A stretch of 64,000 nt of DNA from an uncultured Anaerolineae bacterium (lineage in GTDB: Bacteria; Chloroflexota; Anaerolineae; Aggregatilineales; Ch27): contig CAZGXI010000013.1 of assembly GCA_964529715.1 (NCBI GenBank), forward strand, positions 45,716 through 109,715. Reading direction: 5' to 3'. Shown piece by piece: positions 9,332-18,762 of the stretch. A model generated the notes under the pieces. It was not told the origin of the DNA. It searched no databases and saw only the letters and a list, made by a program, of their open reading frames with translations. Both the position numbers and the translations under genes were made by a program. The stretch's first letter is position 1, and the number at the start of each line of letters is the position of its first letter.

Positions 9332-10804
9332 TCAGGTCGCCGCCGCATCGATAGGCCAGCACACCGTGACGGTCGTCCCCTGCCCCACACCGTCGCTTGC
9401 CACCGCAATTCGACCGCCATAGCTTTCGACAATCGACCGGGCGAGCGCAAGACCAAGCCCAGTGCCCGGCGTTGAGCGAGAGCGTGACCGGTCGGCGCGA
9501 TAAAACCGCTCGAAGACGTGCGGCAAATGGTCAGCGGCAATCCCCTGCCCTGTATCTGCAATGGTAAACACGGCGTCTGTGCCCTCGACGGCAATACACC
9601 AGGTGATGCGTCCGCCCGGCGGTGTATATTTGATCGCATTGTCCAATAGATTGCGAAACAGTACCGTCAGGTGGTTCAGGCTGGCCCGCGCTGTCACGGG
9701 GCCTTCAGTGGCCACATCAAGTTGCAGGTCGATCTCACGGTCCCCGGCCTGTTCCGCCATCACCTGTTGCAGGCTGTGCGCAAAACGGATCAGATCGATC
9801 TGTTCCTGGCCGATTTCCGCCCGCCTGGTGTCAAGGCGCGAGAGCAAGACCAGGTCTTCAACCAGGTCGCTGAGCCTGCCTAGTTCTTCGTCCAGCTCGA
9901 TGATGTACTGCCGCTGGGTCGGCGCATCCATCGACTCGTCCCGGCGCAGGGCTTCGGTTCGCAGGCGCATGGTCGTCAAGGGCGTGCGAAGTTCGTGAGA
10001 AGCGTTGCTGGCAAAAGCCCGCTGTTCCTCAATCATGGCCTGGACCTGCTCGGCCATCCGGTTAAAGGCGTGAGCGACCGCGCCGATTTCATCCTGTGCC
10101 TGATAACCGACCCGGTGAGAGAGTTCTCCCCGCGAAAGCCGGAGAGCCGAGTCGCGCAGCTTTTCCAATGGGCGGATCAGCGATGAAGACAGCCAAAAAC
10201 TGGCAAGGAACGCAACCACCGCAATACCAAGCACACCTAACCCCAAGACCAGCCAACGGTCGCTAACGGCCTGCTGAAGCCCGCTTAACGGCTCACTGAG
10301 CCGTAAATATCCCAGGAAAAATGCGCCGGCAGTCACTGGGGCAGCAGTGAAAAGCAGGGGGTGCCCGTTTTCGTCATTACGCTCGCTCACCGTGACCGCA
10401 TTACGGCTAGCCGCAACGAGTTCTGGGTAGACCTGGAGGTCGTCTGGCAGTGGCCAGCTCTGCTCTGGGGTAGAGTCCTGCGGAAGATGATTGTTCCATC
10501 CGAAAGACGCAGTACGCCCATCCCGCACCCGAATCAATTCCAGATGTGTACCGGTCCGAGGACTTAAAGTGCTTAGGAGGTCGTCGAAGCTATCCCCTGA
10601 CAACAACATGGTCATCTCGCCGCGCAATGCCTCCGTAAAATTGCGCGCGATAAGGATCACTTCATTGGTTAACCGCAGTTCATAATCCCGGCGCGCGGCG
10701 CTGGAGATCTGCTGCCCAGCCAGCAACGCCAACCCACCGAAGCCGAGGACGATCAGCCCGGTGTAAGTGAGCAGCAGGCGCAGGCGCAGACTTTGCAACT
10801 TCAT
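9332..10804 (-). CDS. Sensor histidine kinase (2 TM, HAMP, HisKA, HATPase_c)
   Basis: H-box FASNASHELRTPL. N/G boxes NLLDNAIKYTPPGG, DTGQGI and GTGLGLALA. ATG at 10804, 10 nt after the regulator stop. The ORF-track TTG start at 10828 is an alternative. Confidence 0.9.
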   Translation of the reverse strand: MKLQSLRLRLLLTYTGLIVLGFGGLALLAGQQISSAARRDYELRLTNEVILIARNFTEALRGEMTMLLSGDSFDDLLSTLSPRTGTHLELIRVRDGRTASFGWNNHLPQDSTPEQSWPLPDDLQVYPELVAASRNAVTVSERNDENGHPLLFTAAPVTAGAFFLGYLRLSEPLSGLQQAVSDRWLVLGLGVLGIAVVAFLASFWLSSSLIRPLEKLRDSALRLSRGELSHRVGYQAQDEIGAVAHAFNRMAEQVQAMIEEQRAFASNASHELRTPLTTMRLRTEALRRDESMDAPTQRQYIIELDEELGRLSDLVEDLVLLSRLDTRRAEIGQEQIDLIRFAHSLQQVMAEQAGDREIDLQLDVATEGPVTARASLNHLTVLFRNLLDNAIKYTPPGGRITWCIAVEGTDAVFTIADTGQGIAADHLPHVFERFYRADRSRSRSTPGTGLGLALARSIVESYGGRIAVASDGVGQGTTVTVCWPIDAAAT

Positions 10805-10814
10805 GATCCCCGTT

Positions 10815-11531
10815 CTAGGCCACGACAAGCCGATACCCTACCCCACGCACGGTCTGAATCAATGTCGGGTTGCCCGGATCATCTTCCAGCTTTTCGCGCA
10901 ACCAGCGGATGTGAACATCCAGCGTGCGCATGTCGCCGAGCCAATCCGTCCCCCAAACGGCGTCAAAAATCTCGGCTCGCGTCACCACCTGCCCGGCACG
11001 CGCCGCCAACAGGCTGAGCAGTTCAAACTCCTTGTAACGCAGCGAGAGTACCCGGTTATTCTTCGTGACCTGCCTTGCTGTAAAGTCCAGGCAAATGTCC
11101 CTGATCTGGAGCGTCTGCGACTGCCGGATACACCGGGCATCCATCTCCACACGCCTTAGCAGGGCCTTGATACGCGCCATTAGTTCTCGTGTGCTGAACG
11201 GTTTGGTCAGGTAATCGTCCGCGCCGAGTTCAAGGCCCAGGATGCGATCAACTTCGTCGCTCAACGCCGTCAGCATCAGCACCGGCACCGTGCTGTGTTG
11301 GCGAAGCACCTTGCAGACTTCCCAACCATCCATTTCCGGCAGCAAGATGTCCAGGATGATCAGATCGACCGGTGATTCCAGCGCCAACCGCAGCCCCTCT
11401 GCCCCATCGGTGGCTATCGTGACCTGATAGTGGGCCGCTTCGAGCGCACGTACCACCGGCCCCCGGATGAGCGGATCGTCTTCGATCAGCAAAATGTGAG
11501 AGGTTGCGTTTCCCATCATCTTCCACGCCAT
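10815..11531 (-). CDS. OmpR/PhoB-family DNA-binding response regulator
   Basis: Receiver domain (ILLIEDDP, LIILDILLPEMDG, MLTA, DDYLTKPF) plus a winged-helix output domain (LEFELLSLLA..., IRWLREKLEDDP..IQTVRGVGYRL). Confidence 0.92.
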   Translation of the reverse strand: MAWKMMGNATSHILLIEDDPLIRGPVVRALEAAHYQVTIATDGAEGLRLALESPVDLIILDILLPEMDGWEVCKVLRQHSTVPVLMLTALSDEVDRILGLELGADDYLTKPFSTRELMARIKALLRRVEMDARCIRQSQTLQIRDICLDFTARQVTKNNRVLSLRYKEFELLSLLAARAGQVVTRAEIFDAVWGTDWLGDMRTLDVHIRWLREKLEDDPGNPTLIQTVRGVGYRLVVA

Positions 11532-11587
11532 TTTACAGACAGTGCTCTGTTTTTATTGTGTCACCTCCTGGAAATCAGGACAAGCCA

Positions 11588-11617
11588 ATTTAAGACGTGT
11601 TTAACGTTATTTAAGAC
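11588..11617 (+). promoter_or_regulatory. Direct repeat ATTTAAGAC x2 (21-nt spacing), candidate response-regulator binding site
   Basis: ATTTAAGAC occurs at 11588..11596 and 11609..11617 in the divergent intergenic region between the OmpR-type regulator and the DUF4405-like gene. The same ATTTAAG core recurs at 12769..12789. Confidence 0.4.
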
Positions 11618-11745
11618 CCGGATCACCACAGGCTGTGAAAAGCGTTGTATCGTGTTTGTAGTTTTGCTCACTATGTACCGCCTAAGATTTACCTACATGG
11701 TCTGGCGGGAGATCAGTAGAACCGGGTCTGACTGCTGGAGAAAAC

Positions 11746-12270
11746 ATGCTCAAGACAATTCACTTCAACAAAACGAAAATCAAGCTGTGCCTGGATATGG
11801 CGCTGACGGCGGCCTATGTGGTCGCCATGGAGCCGCACTTTACCGGGGAGACATGGCACGAATGGCTGGGACTAGCGCTCGGCGGAGCAGTGATCGTCCA
11901 CCTGCTGCTTAACTGGAAATGGGTTCTCAACGTCACTCGGCGATTCTTTCACAAACTGCAACGACAGGTCCGGATCGATTACCTGCTAGACCTGGCCTTG
12001 TTCGTCTCGTTTGCCGCCGTCATTCTCAGCGGGATCATGATCTCCCACAACCTCCAAACCGCTGCGACTTTGGGCCTTTCCTTTGAGGCTCAGCGAACCT
12101 GGCGCAGCATTCATGCCTGGGCGCCGCAGGTTGCCCTGTTGGTCGTCGGCGTCCATCTCGGCCTACATTGGCAGTGGATCATGAGTACCATCCGGCGTTA
12201 CCTACCGAGAATCCACATCCGCCGCCCGGTCGAGCAGCAGTCTTCATCAGAAATGCGCGCTCAGGGTTAG
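11746..12270 (+). CDS. DUF4405-like integral membrane protein (His-rich 4-TM, cytochrome-b-like)
   Basis: 174-aa ORF with 4 predicted TM segments and conserved His/Trp (GETWHEWLGLALGGAVIVHLLLNWKW, VGVHLGLHWQW). Confidence 0.6.
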   Translation: MLKTIHFNKTKIKLCLDMALTAAYVVAMEPHFTGETWHEWLGLALGGAVIVHLLLNWKWVLNVTRRFFHKLQRQVRIDYLLDLALFVSFAAVILSGIMISHNLQTAATLGLSFEAQRTWRSIHAWAPQVALLVVGVHLGLHWQWIMSTIRRYLPRIHIRRPVEQQSSSEMRAQG

Positions 12271-12296
12271 CACCAAGCAGACGGAAAGGACACAAA

Positions 12297-12719
12297 ATGC
12301 GCAACTCAAAACTCAAGAGGGCAGTCATATTCGTGGTCGTCATTGCTATCCTGGCGCTGAGCGGTTACTGGCTGAACAGCGCCGGACGGCTGGATATTCC
12401 GAGGGTCTTTGCCCTACCGGGAGTGTCTACCAGATCGGGTGAGGGCGGATTTGCAGGAGAGAATCATCAGCCTCCCCAAGGCGCAGGCGCTTCGCAGGCC
12501 ACATCATTCGGGCAGGGCAGAAGACACGAAAGTAGCGGTGAAGGCGCCGGCTTGAACGGGAGTGGCCTGCCGGATGTGCTGTCCGATCTGTGGTTTCTGG
12601 CAGTGACGATCACGGTGGTTGTCTACGGAGAACGCGGCCTGTCATTTGTGACGATGCAAATACACCGGCTGCTGCGCACGAGCCACGCGCCGTCGGTCCT
12701 GGGTGAGAAACAGCCGTAA
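12297..12719 (+). CDS. Hypothetical membrane-anchored protein
   Basis: The ATG at 12297 gives MRNSKLKRAVIFVVVIAILALSGYWL (signal anchor) and a C-terminal TM LWFLAVTITVVVYG. No motif recognised. Confidence 0.5.
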   Translation: MRNSKLKRAVIFVVVIAILALSGYWLNSAGRLDIPRVFALPGVSTRSGEGGFAGENHQPPQGAGASQATSFGQGRRHESSGEGAGLNGSGLPDVLSDLWFLAVTITVVVYGERGLSFVTMQIHRLLRTSHAPSVLGEKQP

Positions 12720-12768
12720 CGGACGAGAACGGGTGGTTCACTTCGGACAGAACCGCCAAGACATGGAC

Positions 12769-12789
12769 AATTTAAGGTGGATTTAAGGT
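12769..12789 (+). promoter_or_regulatory. Direct repeat ATTTAAGGTG x2 (11-nt spacing), candidate response-regulator binding site
   Basis: ATTTAAGGTG occurs at 12769..12778 and 12780..12789, ~108 nt upstream of the PDZ gene ATG. It shares the ATTTAAG core with 11588..11617. Confidence 0.4.
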
Positions 12790-12896
12790 GATTTCAGAAG
12801 GGGATAACCACAAGCAGGTCCGAATGCCCTAAAGTAGGTTCAACGTAAACGGGACAGGCCCAGTCAAACTGCCGGGCCAGAAAGGAAAGGAACAAG

Positions 12897-13754
12897 ATGC
12901 GGAAGGTAACAGTGATGAGTGTGAGTCTGATTGTGGTGCTGGCGCTTTCCCTGATGGTCGCTGGCACAATCATGGCCCAGGGTGGCGACGAAACGGAGTC
13001 GACGGCCTGGTTGGGTGTCCGTCTGGGCGAGACAGAAAGCAACGTCTTCGTAGTACAAGTGATAACCGGCTCGCCAGCGGCGGTTGGTGGTCTGCTCATC
13101 GGGGATCAAATCATCAGTCTCGACGGCGCAGCGGTCGAATCCGCACAGGCGCTGGCCGAAGCGATCCGGGCACACAGCGCGGGTGATGTTGTCACCCTGA
13201 TCGTGATGCGTAACGGCACCGAGCGCACACTTGAAGTCGAATTGGGCAGCACGCCGCAGTTCCAGGGAGGCGGTCGTTGGGGACGCTTCTCGGCGGCAGA
13301 AATGGACACCGTAACGTTGGTCGCGCACCTGCTGGGAGTCAACCTGGAAGAAGCCGATGGCGGCTATGAAGTGACAGCCGTCGGTCGGGTGAACCCCGCC
13401 GACTTACAAGAAGGTGACGTGATCACGGCAGTCAACGGGCAAGCTATCGCAGCGGTGGACTGGAATACCCTGTGGACCGAACTGGTCCAGTCGGACGATG
13501 CCACACTGACACTCACCGTGCTGCGCAATGGCGAAGAAATCACGGTCGAAAGCACGCTGTTCGCCGGGCTGCACGGTGAGGGGCGCGGGCAGGGGCCGCT
13601 GGGCGGCTTTGGCGGCCCCAACCGCGACGCCCCCGGCGGGTTTGGGCGCGGCGGCTTCTGGGGCAATCCTCCACAGCAGGCCGCGCCAAGCGGGGGACAG
13701 TCCAATCCGGGTGGCGTCTCTGTACCAGCAGCGGAGGACACCTCAGCGGCATAA
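12897..13754 (+). CDS. Secreted double-PDZ-domain protein with Gly-rich tail
   Basis: Signal peptide MSVSLIVVLALSLMVAGTIMAQG. Two PDZ-like units (GSPAAVGGLLIGDQIISLDG..., ADLQEGDVITAVNGQAI...). C-terminal GGFGGP..GGFGRGGFWG tail. Confidence 0.75.
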   Translation: MRKVTVMSVSLIVVLALSLMVAGTIMAQGGDETESTAWLGVRLGETESNVFVVQVITGSPAAVGGLLIGDQIISLDGAAVESAQALAEAIRAHSAGDVVTLIVMRNGTERTLEVELGSTPQFQGGGRWGRFSAAEMDTVTLVAHLLGVNLEEADGGYEVTAVGRVNPADLQEGDVITAVNGQAIAAVDWNTLWTELVQSDDATLTLTVLRNGEEITVESTLFAGLHGEGRGQGPLGGFGGPNRDAPGGFGRGGFWGNPPQQAAPSGGQSNPGGVSVPAAEDTSAA

Positions 13755-13783
13755 CCCTTCGACAACGCCCCTTTTTCCCTCTA

Positions 13784-13811
13784 CTTCGGGAGTTGCCCCC
13801 AACTCCCGAAG
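13784..13811 (+). terminator. Perfect 12-bp hairpin after the PDZ gene
   Basis: CTTCGGGAGTTG-CCCC-CAACTCCCGAAG, 30 nt after the stop. Only a weak T-tract (GGCTGCTTTATC) follows. Confidence 0.5.
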
Positions 13812-14268
13812 GCTGCTTTATCTCACTGGCCTCTCTGCACAGTCCTCCGCGCCAGTAACCTGCGCTTTCATGCGTTGGGAATCATGCTCGGCCAGATCAA
13901 GGTCTCGGACAAAGCCCGCTGCCTCGATCCACACGGCTTTCGCGCCTCCCCTCCTCGATGTTGAATTGTTTGACAATAGCCGGAATGTACTATAGTCTTT
14001 GAAATTACGCGGCTGTGATCGGATTCGGGGGCAAAGCAGGTGTTTTATACATCTTGTGTGAATCCGACTGAATAAATTTAACATTTTTCAGATGTTTGTT
14101 TTCGCATACAATCATGGTGTGCCGCCAAATATTCCACACACTTCAAGAACAACAACCCGTCTTTCACATTCACCAAAGAAGGGGGTGATGCCTATATAAA
14201 AATCCCGACAGTCTGCCGACCACCCTCCCAAAAACAACCACGCAATAAGGAAAAGGAGAGAGTAAGCC

Positions 14269-15492
14269 ATGCTTAAGCGCCTCGTTACCTTGACTGTGAC
14301 CCTGGCCGTCATGCTGACATTTTTGGGCGGTCTGACCGCCGTCGCTCAAGATGACTGCAACTTTGCCGGCGAGGTCGTGATCGGCGTGATTGCCTCGCTC
14401 ACTGGCGACCGCCCCAAGGTCGGCCAAAGCACCGAAGAAGCCACCAACATGGTCGTCGATGAGATCAACGCCGCGTGCGGCCTGCAGATCGGTAGCGAGA
14501 ACTATGAGGTCGTTGCGATCATCGAGGACAGTGAGTCGCGGGCCGAATCAGCGGTAGCCGCCGCAACCCGCTTGATCGTGGATGAGGAAGTAGTAGCGAT
14601 CATCGGTCCCCAGGCCAGCGTCGAGGCCGTACCGGCAGGCCAGGTTGCCAATGACCGCGAAACCCCGATGATCTCTCCCTGGTCCACCAACCCGGCCACA
14701 ACCCTAGACCGCCCCTGGGTCTTCCGCGCCGCCTTCCTCGACCCGTTCCAGGGCCGCGTAGGTGCCAGCTTCGCTATGAGCGAGTTCGGCGCGACAACGG
14801 CAGCAGTCCTCTATGACGTTGCCAGCGACTACCCGAAGGGCCTGGCCGAAAACTTCCGCGATGCCTTCATCGAAGGCGGCGGGGAAATCGTGGCATTTGA
14901 GAGCTTCACCACTGGCGACACCGACTTTAGCTCGCAGCTTACCAACATCATCGCGGCTGCGCCGGAAGTGCTGTTCGTCCCGCAGTACTACAACGAAGTG
15001 CCGTTGATCGTCCAGCAGGCGCGCGAGCTGGGTTACGAAGGCCCGATCCTGGGCAGCGATAGCTGGGGTACGCCGGACCTGATCGAGCTATGCGGCGATG
15101 CTTGCGAGGGGCTATACTTCAGCACCCACTATGCGCCGGACATCGCCACCGAGGTGGCCCAGACCTTCATCAACAACTACAATGAACTATATGGCGCGCT
15201 GCCTGACGATGTGGCCGCCCTGACCTACGACGCCTTCCAACTGCTGTTCCAGGCCATTCGGAATGCCGGCTCGCTGGACCGCGCCGCCATCCGTGACGCC
15301 CTGGCCGGCATCGACCTCTACGAGGGCGTGACGGGCCTGATGAGCTTCGATGAACAGGGCGATCCAGTGAAATGCGCTGTGATCATCCAGATCAACGAGG
15401 GCGCGTTCACCTATTACGACTCAGCCTGCCCGGCAGGCTTCCCGCCGGAAGACATGGTTGAGCCAGAGGCGACCGAAGAGGCCAGTTCATAA
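14269..15492 (+). CDS. ABC transporter substrate-binding protein, branched-chain amino acid (LivK/LivJ) type
   Basis: Signal peptide, then type-1 PBP blocks (VVIGVIASLTGD, IIGPQASVEAVP, VLFVPQYYNE). It heads a livHMGF-type operon. Confidence 0.88.
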   Translation: MLKRLVTLTVTLAVMLTFLGGLTAVAQDDCNFAGEVVIGVIASLTGDRPKVGQSTEEATNMVVDEINAACGLQIGSENYEVVAIIEDSESRAESAVAAATRLIVDEEVVAIIGPQASVEAVPAGQVANDRETPMISPWSTNPATTLDRPWVFRAAFLDPFQGRVGASFAMSEFGATTAAVLYDVASDYPKGLAENFRDAFIEGGGEIVAFESFTTGDTDFSSQLTNIIAAAPEVLFVPQYYNEVPLIVQQARELGYEGPILGSDSWGTPDLIELCGDACEGLYFSTHYAPDIATEVAQTFINNYNELYGALPDDVAALTYDAFQLLFQAIRNAGSLDRAAIRDALAGIDLYEGVTGLMSFDEQGDPVKCAVIIQINEGAFTYYDSACPAGFPPEDMVEPEATEEASS

Positions 15493-15504
15493 CGTATCCT
15501 GTTG

Positions 15505-15531
15505 GGACGCCCCGTGATCTGCGGGGCGTCC
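15505..15531 (+). terminator. Intercistronic hairpin (attenuator/terminator) between the binding-protein and permease genes
   Basis: GGACGCCCCG-TGATCTG-CGGGGCGTCC followed by TTTCCTCC. Confidence 0.45.
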
Positions 15532-15611
15532 TTTCCTCCACCAATGGCCTGCAAACAGCGGCACCTAGCCTGCCCAGTGCCGGGTCGTGATCAGTAACCG
15601 GAGAACCTCCT

Positions 15612-16499
15612 ATGGACCTATCCGTCTTTGTGCAGCAGCTTCTCAATGGACTCCAGTTGGGCAGCCTGTATGCGCTGATCGCGTTAGGTTACTCAATGGT
15701 TTATGGGGTACTGCTGTTGATTAACTTCGCGCACGGCGACATCTTCATGTTCGGCGCATTTATCGGCGTGTTCGGTTCGTTCATTTTAAAGTGGCCTTTC
15801 CTGCCGACTCTGCTGCTGTCAATGATCCTTACCTCCCTGTTGGGCGTAACCATCGAGCGGGTGGCTTATAAACCGTTGCGACAGGCGTCACGGCTGTCAG
15901 TCGTAATCACGGCGCTCAGCGTTGGCCTGCTGCTAGAAAACGGCATCCTGGCTCTGGCCGGAGCTAATCCACGCCGCTATCCACAAGACTTCTTTCCTTC
16001 GCAGACGTATACCCTCGGCTCAATCGTCGTCAGTGATATCAAGATTCTGGTGATCGCACTGGCGCTGCTGCTGTTCCTGGGGCTGTATCTCATCGTCACA
16101 CGGACGAAGTGGGGGATGGCAATGCGCGCCATCTCCTATGACAAATTTGCCGTCCCCCTGATGGGCATTTCACAAGACCGCATCATCTCCCTGACCTTTG
16201 CCCTGGGGACGGCGCTGGCAGCGGCGGCAGGTATCCTGTGGGTTATTGCCTATCCTACCCTGGAAACAGATATGGGAATGCGCGTCGGCTGGAAGGCATT
16301 TATTGCCGCGGTCGTAGGCGGAATCGGCGATATTCGCGGCGCGATGGTAGGCGGGCTGATCCTCGGATTTGTGGAGATTTTCGTGCCCGCCGTGTTTCCT
16401 TCCACCCTGCGCGACCCAATTGCCTTCGCCCTGCTGCTGGCGATCCTGGTGGTCCGCCCAACCGGTATCTTCGGCGTCGCCCGCCGCCAGAAAGTGTAG
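15612..16499 (+). CDS. livH: Branched-chain amino acid ABC transporter permease (LivH family)
   Basis: N-terminus MDLSVFVQQLLNGLQLGSLYALIALGYSMVYGVLLLINFAHGD is characteristic of LivH. 295 aa, multi-TM. Confidence 0.9.
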   Translation: MDLSVFVQQLLNGLQLGSLYALIALGYSMVYGVLLLINFAHGDIFMFGAFIGVFGSFILKWPFLPTLLLSMILTSLLGVTIERVAYKPLRQASRLSVVITALSVGLLLENGILALAGANPRRYPQDFFPSQTYTLGSIVVSDIKILVIALALLLFLGLYLIVTRTKWGMAMRAISYDKFAVPLMGISQDRIISLTFALGTALAAAAGILWVIAYPTLETDMGMRVGWKAFIAAVVGGIGDIRGAMVGGLILGFVEIFVPAVFPSTLRDPIAFALLLAILVVRPTGIFGVARRQKV

Positions 16500-16508
16500 G
16501 AGAGCACC

Positions 16509-18008
16509 ATGTTTCGATCTATCCGACGATTTCTGGTGCGGCTGACCGAACCGCTGCGTGAATGGCTGGGTCGTATCCCCCTGCTGGCTTACCTGGCCGG
16601 CCTGGTCGTGGCGGTCCTGATCGAACGCCAGTGGGGAGACGCCTTTGCGAACCTGCTGGGCTTCCGCAAAATTCCGGCGTTCTTCGGTATCGGTGATCTC
16701 CTGGAGCCGTTCAGCGAAATCAACACCGCCCTATCAGGTATCCTGGGACCGTTCTTTCCCACACCCAGCCAGACCATTCAGGCCCCACTTCAGCAATCTG
16801 GGGAGGCGGTGGGTAGCGTGCTCACGACCTTCGTGAACGCCCTGTTCTACCAGGGCCGCCGCGAACCCGGTTTCTTCGACACGCTACTGCGGGTGACGAT
16901 TTACGATGTGGTGATCTTCGTCATCCCGATCCTCGTAATCGCCTTGCTGCTGCGCGGAGTCAGCCGGCAAACGGTAACGCGCCTGCCACACTGGGCCAAC
17001 GGCGTGGTCCACCTGGCTTTGCTCTATCTGGCTCTGGCGCTGTGGGGCAACCTCAACGACTACCGGGCACTGGTGCTGGTGTATATGGGCGTGAACATCA
17101 TGCTCACCATCAGCCTGAATCTCGTCAACGGCTACATGGGGGAATTCTCCGTTGGCCACGCCGGGTTTATGGCCGTAGGCGCCTACGTGTCGTCGGTGCT
17201 GACCATGTGGGCCTTCACCGACAGCCGGGTGTTTGGGCCGCACGTTCTGCCGCCTGAACTGGGCCTGCCGTTCGGCTTCATCATTGCCCTGATCGCCGGG
17301 GGCGTGGCGGCAGCATTGGCCGGACTGCTGGTAGCTTTTCCCTCATTCAAGACACGCGGCGACTACCTGGCTATCGTCACACTGGCGGTGAACTTTATCG
17401 TTCAGGGCGTGATCAACAACATGGAGTTCATCGGTGGCCCGCGTGGGCTGAACGGCGTGCCCCTGTGGAGCAACATGCATTGGGTCTTCGCCCTGACGCT
17501 CCTCTCGGTGCTCGGTGTCTACCTACTGGTCAACTCGACCTTTGGCAAGGGCATCGTCGCCATCCGTGAGGACGAGGTCGCCGCCGGGCTGATGGGCGTC
17601 AACACGCGGCGAGTTAAGCTGGTAGCCTTCCTGATCTCGTCATTCATCGCGGGTGTGGCTGGCGGGTTATTAGCACACACGCTGGCTTATGTGAATCCCG
17701 GCATGTTCGGCATCCTGCGTTCGACCGAAGTGCTGGCGATGGTTTACCTGGGCGGTATGGGCAGCATCAGCGGATCGATCATCGCCGCCGTGTTGTTTAC
17801 CCTGTTGATTGAAGCTCTACGTCCACTGGAAGTGCTAAAATGGGTGGTCATCCCGCTCATTCTGATCTTCGTGATGCTCTACCGTCCGCAGGGACTCTTT
17901 GGCTTCCGCGAGATCAAATTGAACCTGGGCGCAGAGCGTGCCCCCCGCGCCCGTAGACACCCCCCCACGGCCCCTACGGAGGTGAGCGATGCCGCTTCTG
18001 GAAATTAA
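16509..18008 (+). CDS. livM: Branched-chain amino acid ABC transporter permease (LivM family) with long N-terminal extension
   Basis: LivM core NLVNGYMGEFSVGHAGFMAVGAYV...GGPRGL. ~170 extra N-terminal residues with 3-4 TM. Confidence 0.88.
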   Translation: MFRSIRRFLVRLTEPLREWLGRIPLLAYLAGLVVAVLIERQWGDAFANLLGFRKIPAFFGIGDLLEPFSEINTALSGILGPFFPTPSQTIQAPLQQSGEAVGSVLTTFVNALFYQGRREPGFFDTLLRVTIYDVVIFVIPILVIALLLRGVSRQTVTRLPHWANGVVHLALLYLALALWGNLNDYRALVLVYMGVNIMLTISLNLVNGYMGEFSVGHAGFMAVGAYVSSVLTMWAFTDSRVFGPHVLPPELGLPFGFIIALIAGGVAAALAGLLVAFPSFKTRGDYLAIVTLAVNFIVQGVINNMEFIGGPRGLNGVPLWSNMHWVFALTLLSVLGVYLLVNSTFGKGIVAIREDEVAAGLMGVNTRRVKLVAFLISSFIAGVAGGLLAHTLAYVNPGMFGILRSTEVLAMVYLGGMGSISGSIIAAVLFTLLIEALRPLEVLKWVVIPLILIFVMLYRPQGLFGFREIKLNLGAERAPRARRHPPTAPTEVSDAASGN

Positions 18009-18762
18009 AAACCTGACACACTACTTCGGCGGACTGCGCGCGGTCAGCAACTTCAACCTCGTGCTGGAGCACGGAGAATTGATCGGGCTGATCGGGCCGA
18101 ACGGCGCGGGCAAGACGACGCTGTTCAACCTCGTAACCGGGGCCTACCACGCCAGCGAGGGCAGCATCACTCTGGAAGGCAAGGAACTGGTCGGCAAACC
18201 GCCACATATCATCAACGGCATGGGCATCAGCCGCACCTTCCAGACGATCCGGCTGTGGCAACAGATGTCGGTGTTGGACAACATCCGGGTGGCCTATCAC
18301 GGCAGGCTCAACTATGGCCTGGCGGATGTGTTCCTACAATCACGCCACTACCGCGACCAGGAACGCGAAATCACAGAACGCGCCTACGAACTGCTGCACC
18401 TGTTCAAACTGGAAAGCTACGCCGACGAGCCGGCGCTCAACCTGCCTTACGGCCAACAACGCCGCCTGGAGATCGTGCGCGCGATGGCCTCGCGCCCCAA
18501 GCTACTGCTGTTGGATGAGCCGGCGGCAGGCATGAACCCCAAGGAAATCGGGGCGCTGATGGAGTTCATCCACTGGATCCGCGACGAGTTCCACCTGACG
18601 ATCTGGCTGATCGAGCACCAGATGCGTCTGGTCATGAACATCTGCGAGCGGATCAAGGTGCTGGACTTCGGGGAGACGATTGCCGAGGGCACCCCGCAGG
18701 AAATCCAGAACGACCCCAAAGTGATCGAGGCGTACCTGGGAGAACAGGGGGAGGTGGCCTGA
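17989..18762 (+). CDS. livG: ABC transporter ATP-binding protein (LivG family)
   Basis: Walker [10 protein letters not shown], signature YGQQRRLEI, Walker [11 protein letters not shown]. Overlaps livM by 20 nt. Confidence 0.92.
   Translation: MPLLEIKNLTHYFGGLRAVSNFNLVLEHGELIGLIGPNGAGKTTLFNLVTGAYHASEGSITLEGKELVGKPPHIINGMGISRTFQTIRLWQQMSVLDNIRVAYHGRLNYGLADVFLQSRHYRDQEREITERAYELLHLFKLESYADEPALNLPYGQQRRLEIVRAMASRPKLLLLDEPAAGMNPKEIGALMEFIHWIRDEFHLTIWLIEHQMRLVMNICERIKVLDFGETIAEGTPQEIQNDPKVIEAYLGEQGEVA

Noticed and set aside
13970-13996. TTGACA ... TATAGT promoter-like pair upstream of the Liv operon
   Set aside because: The spacer is only 15 nt. An alternative, TTTTCA-N16-TACAAT (14085..14112), is equally weak. 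I report neither as a feature.
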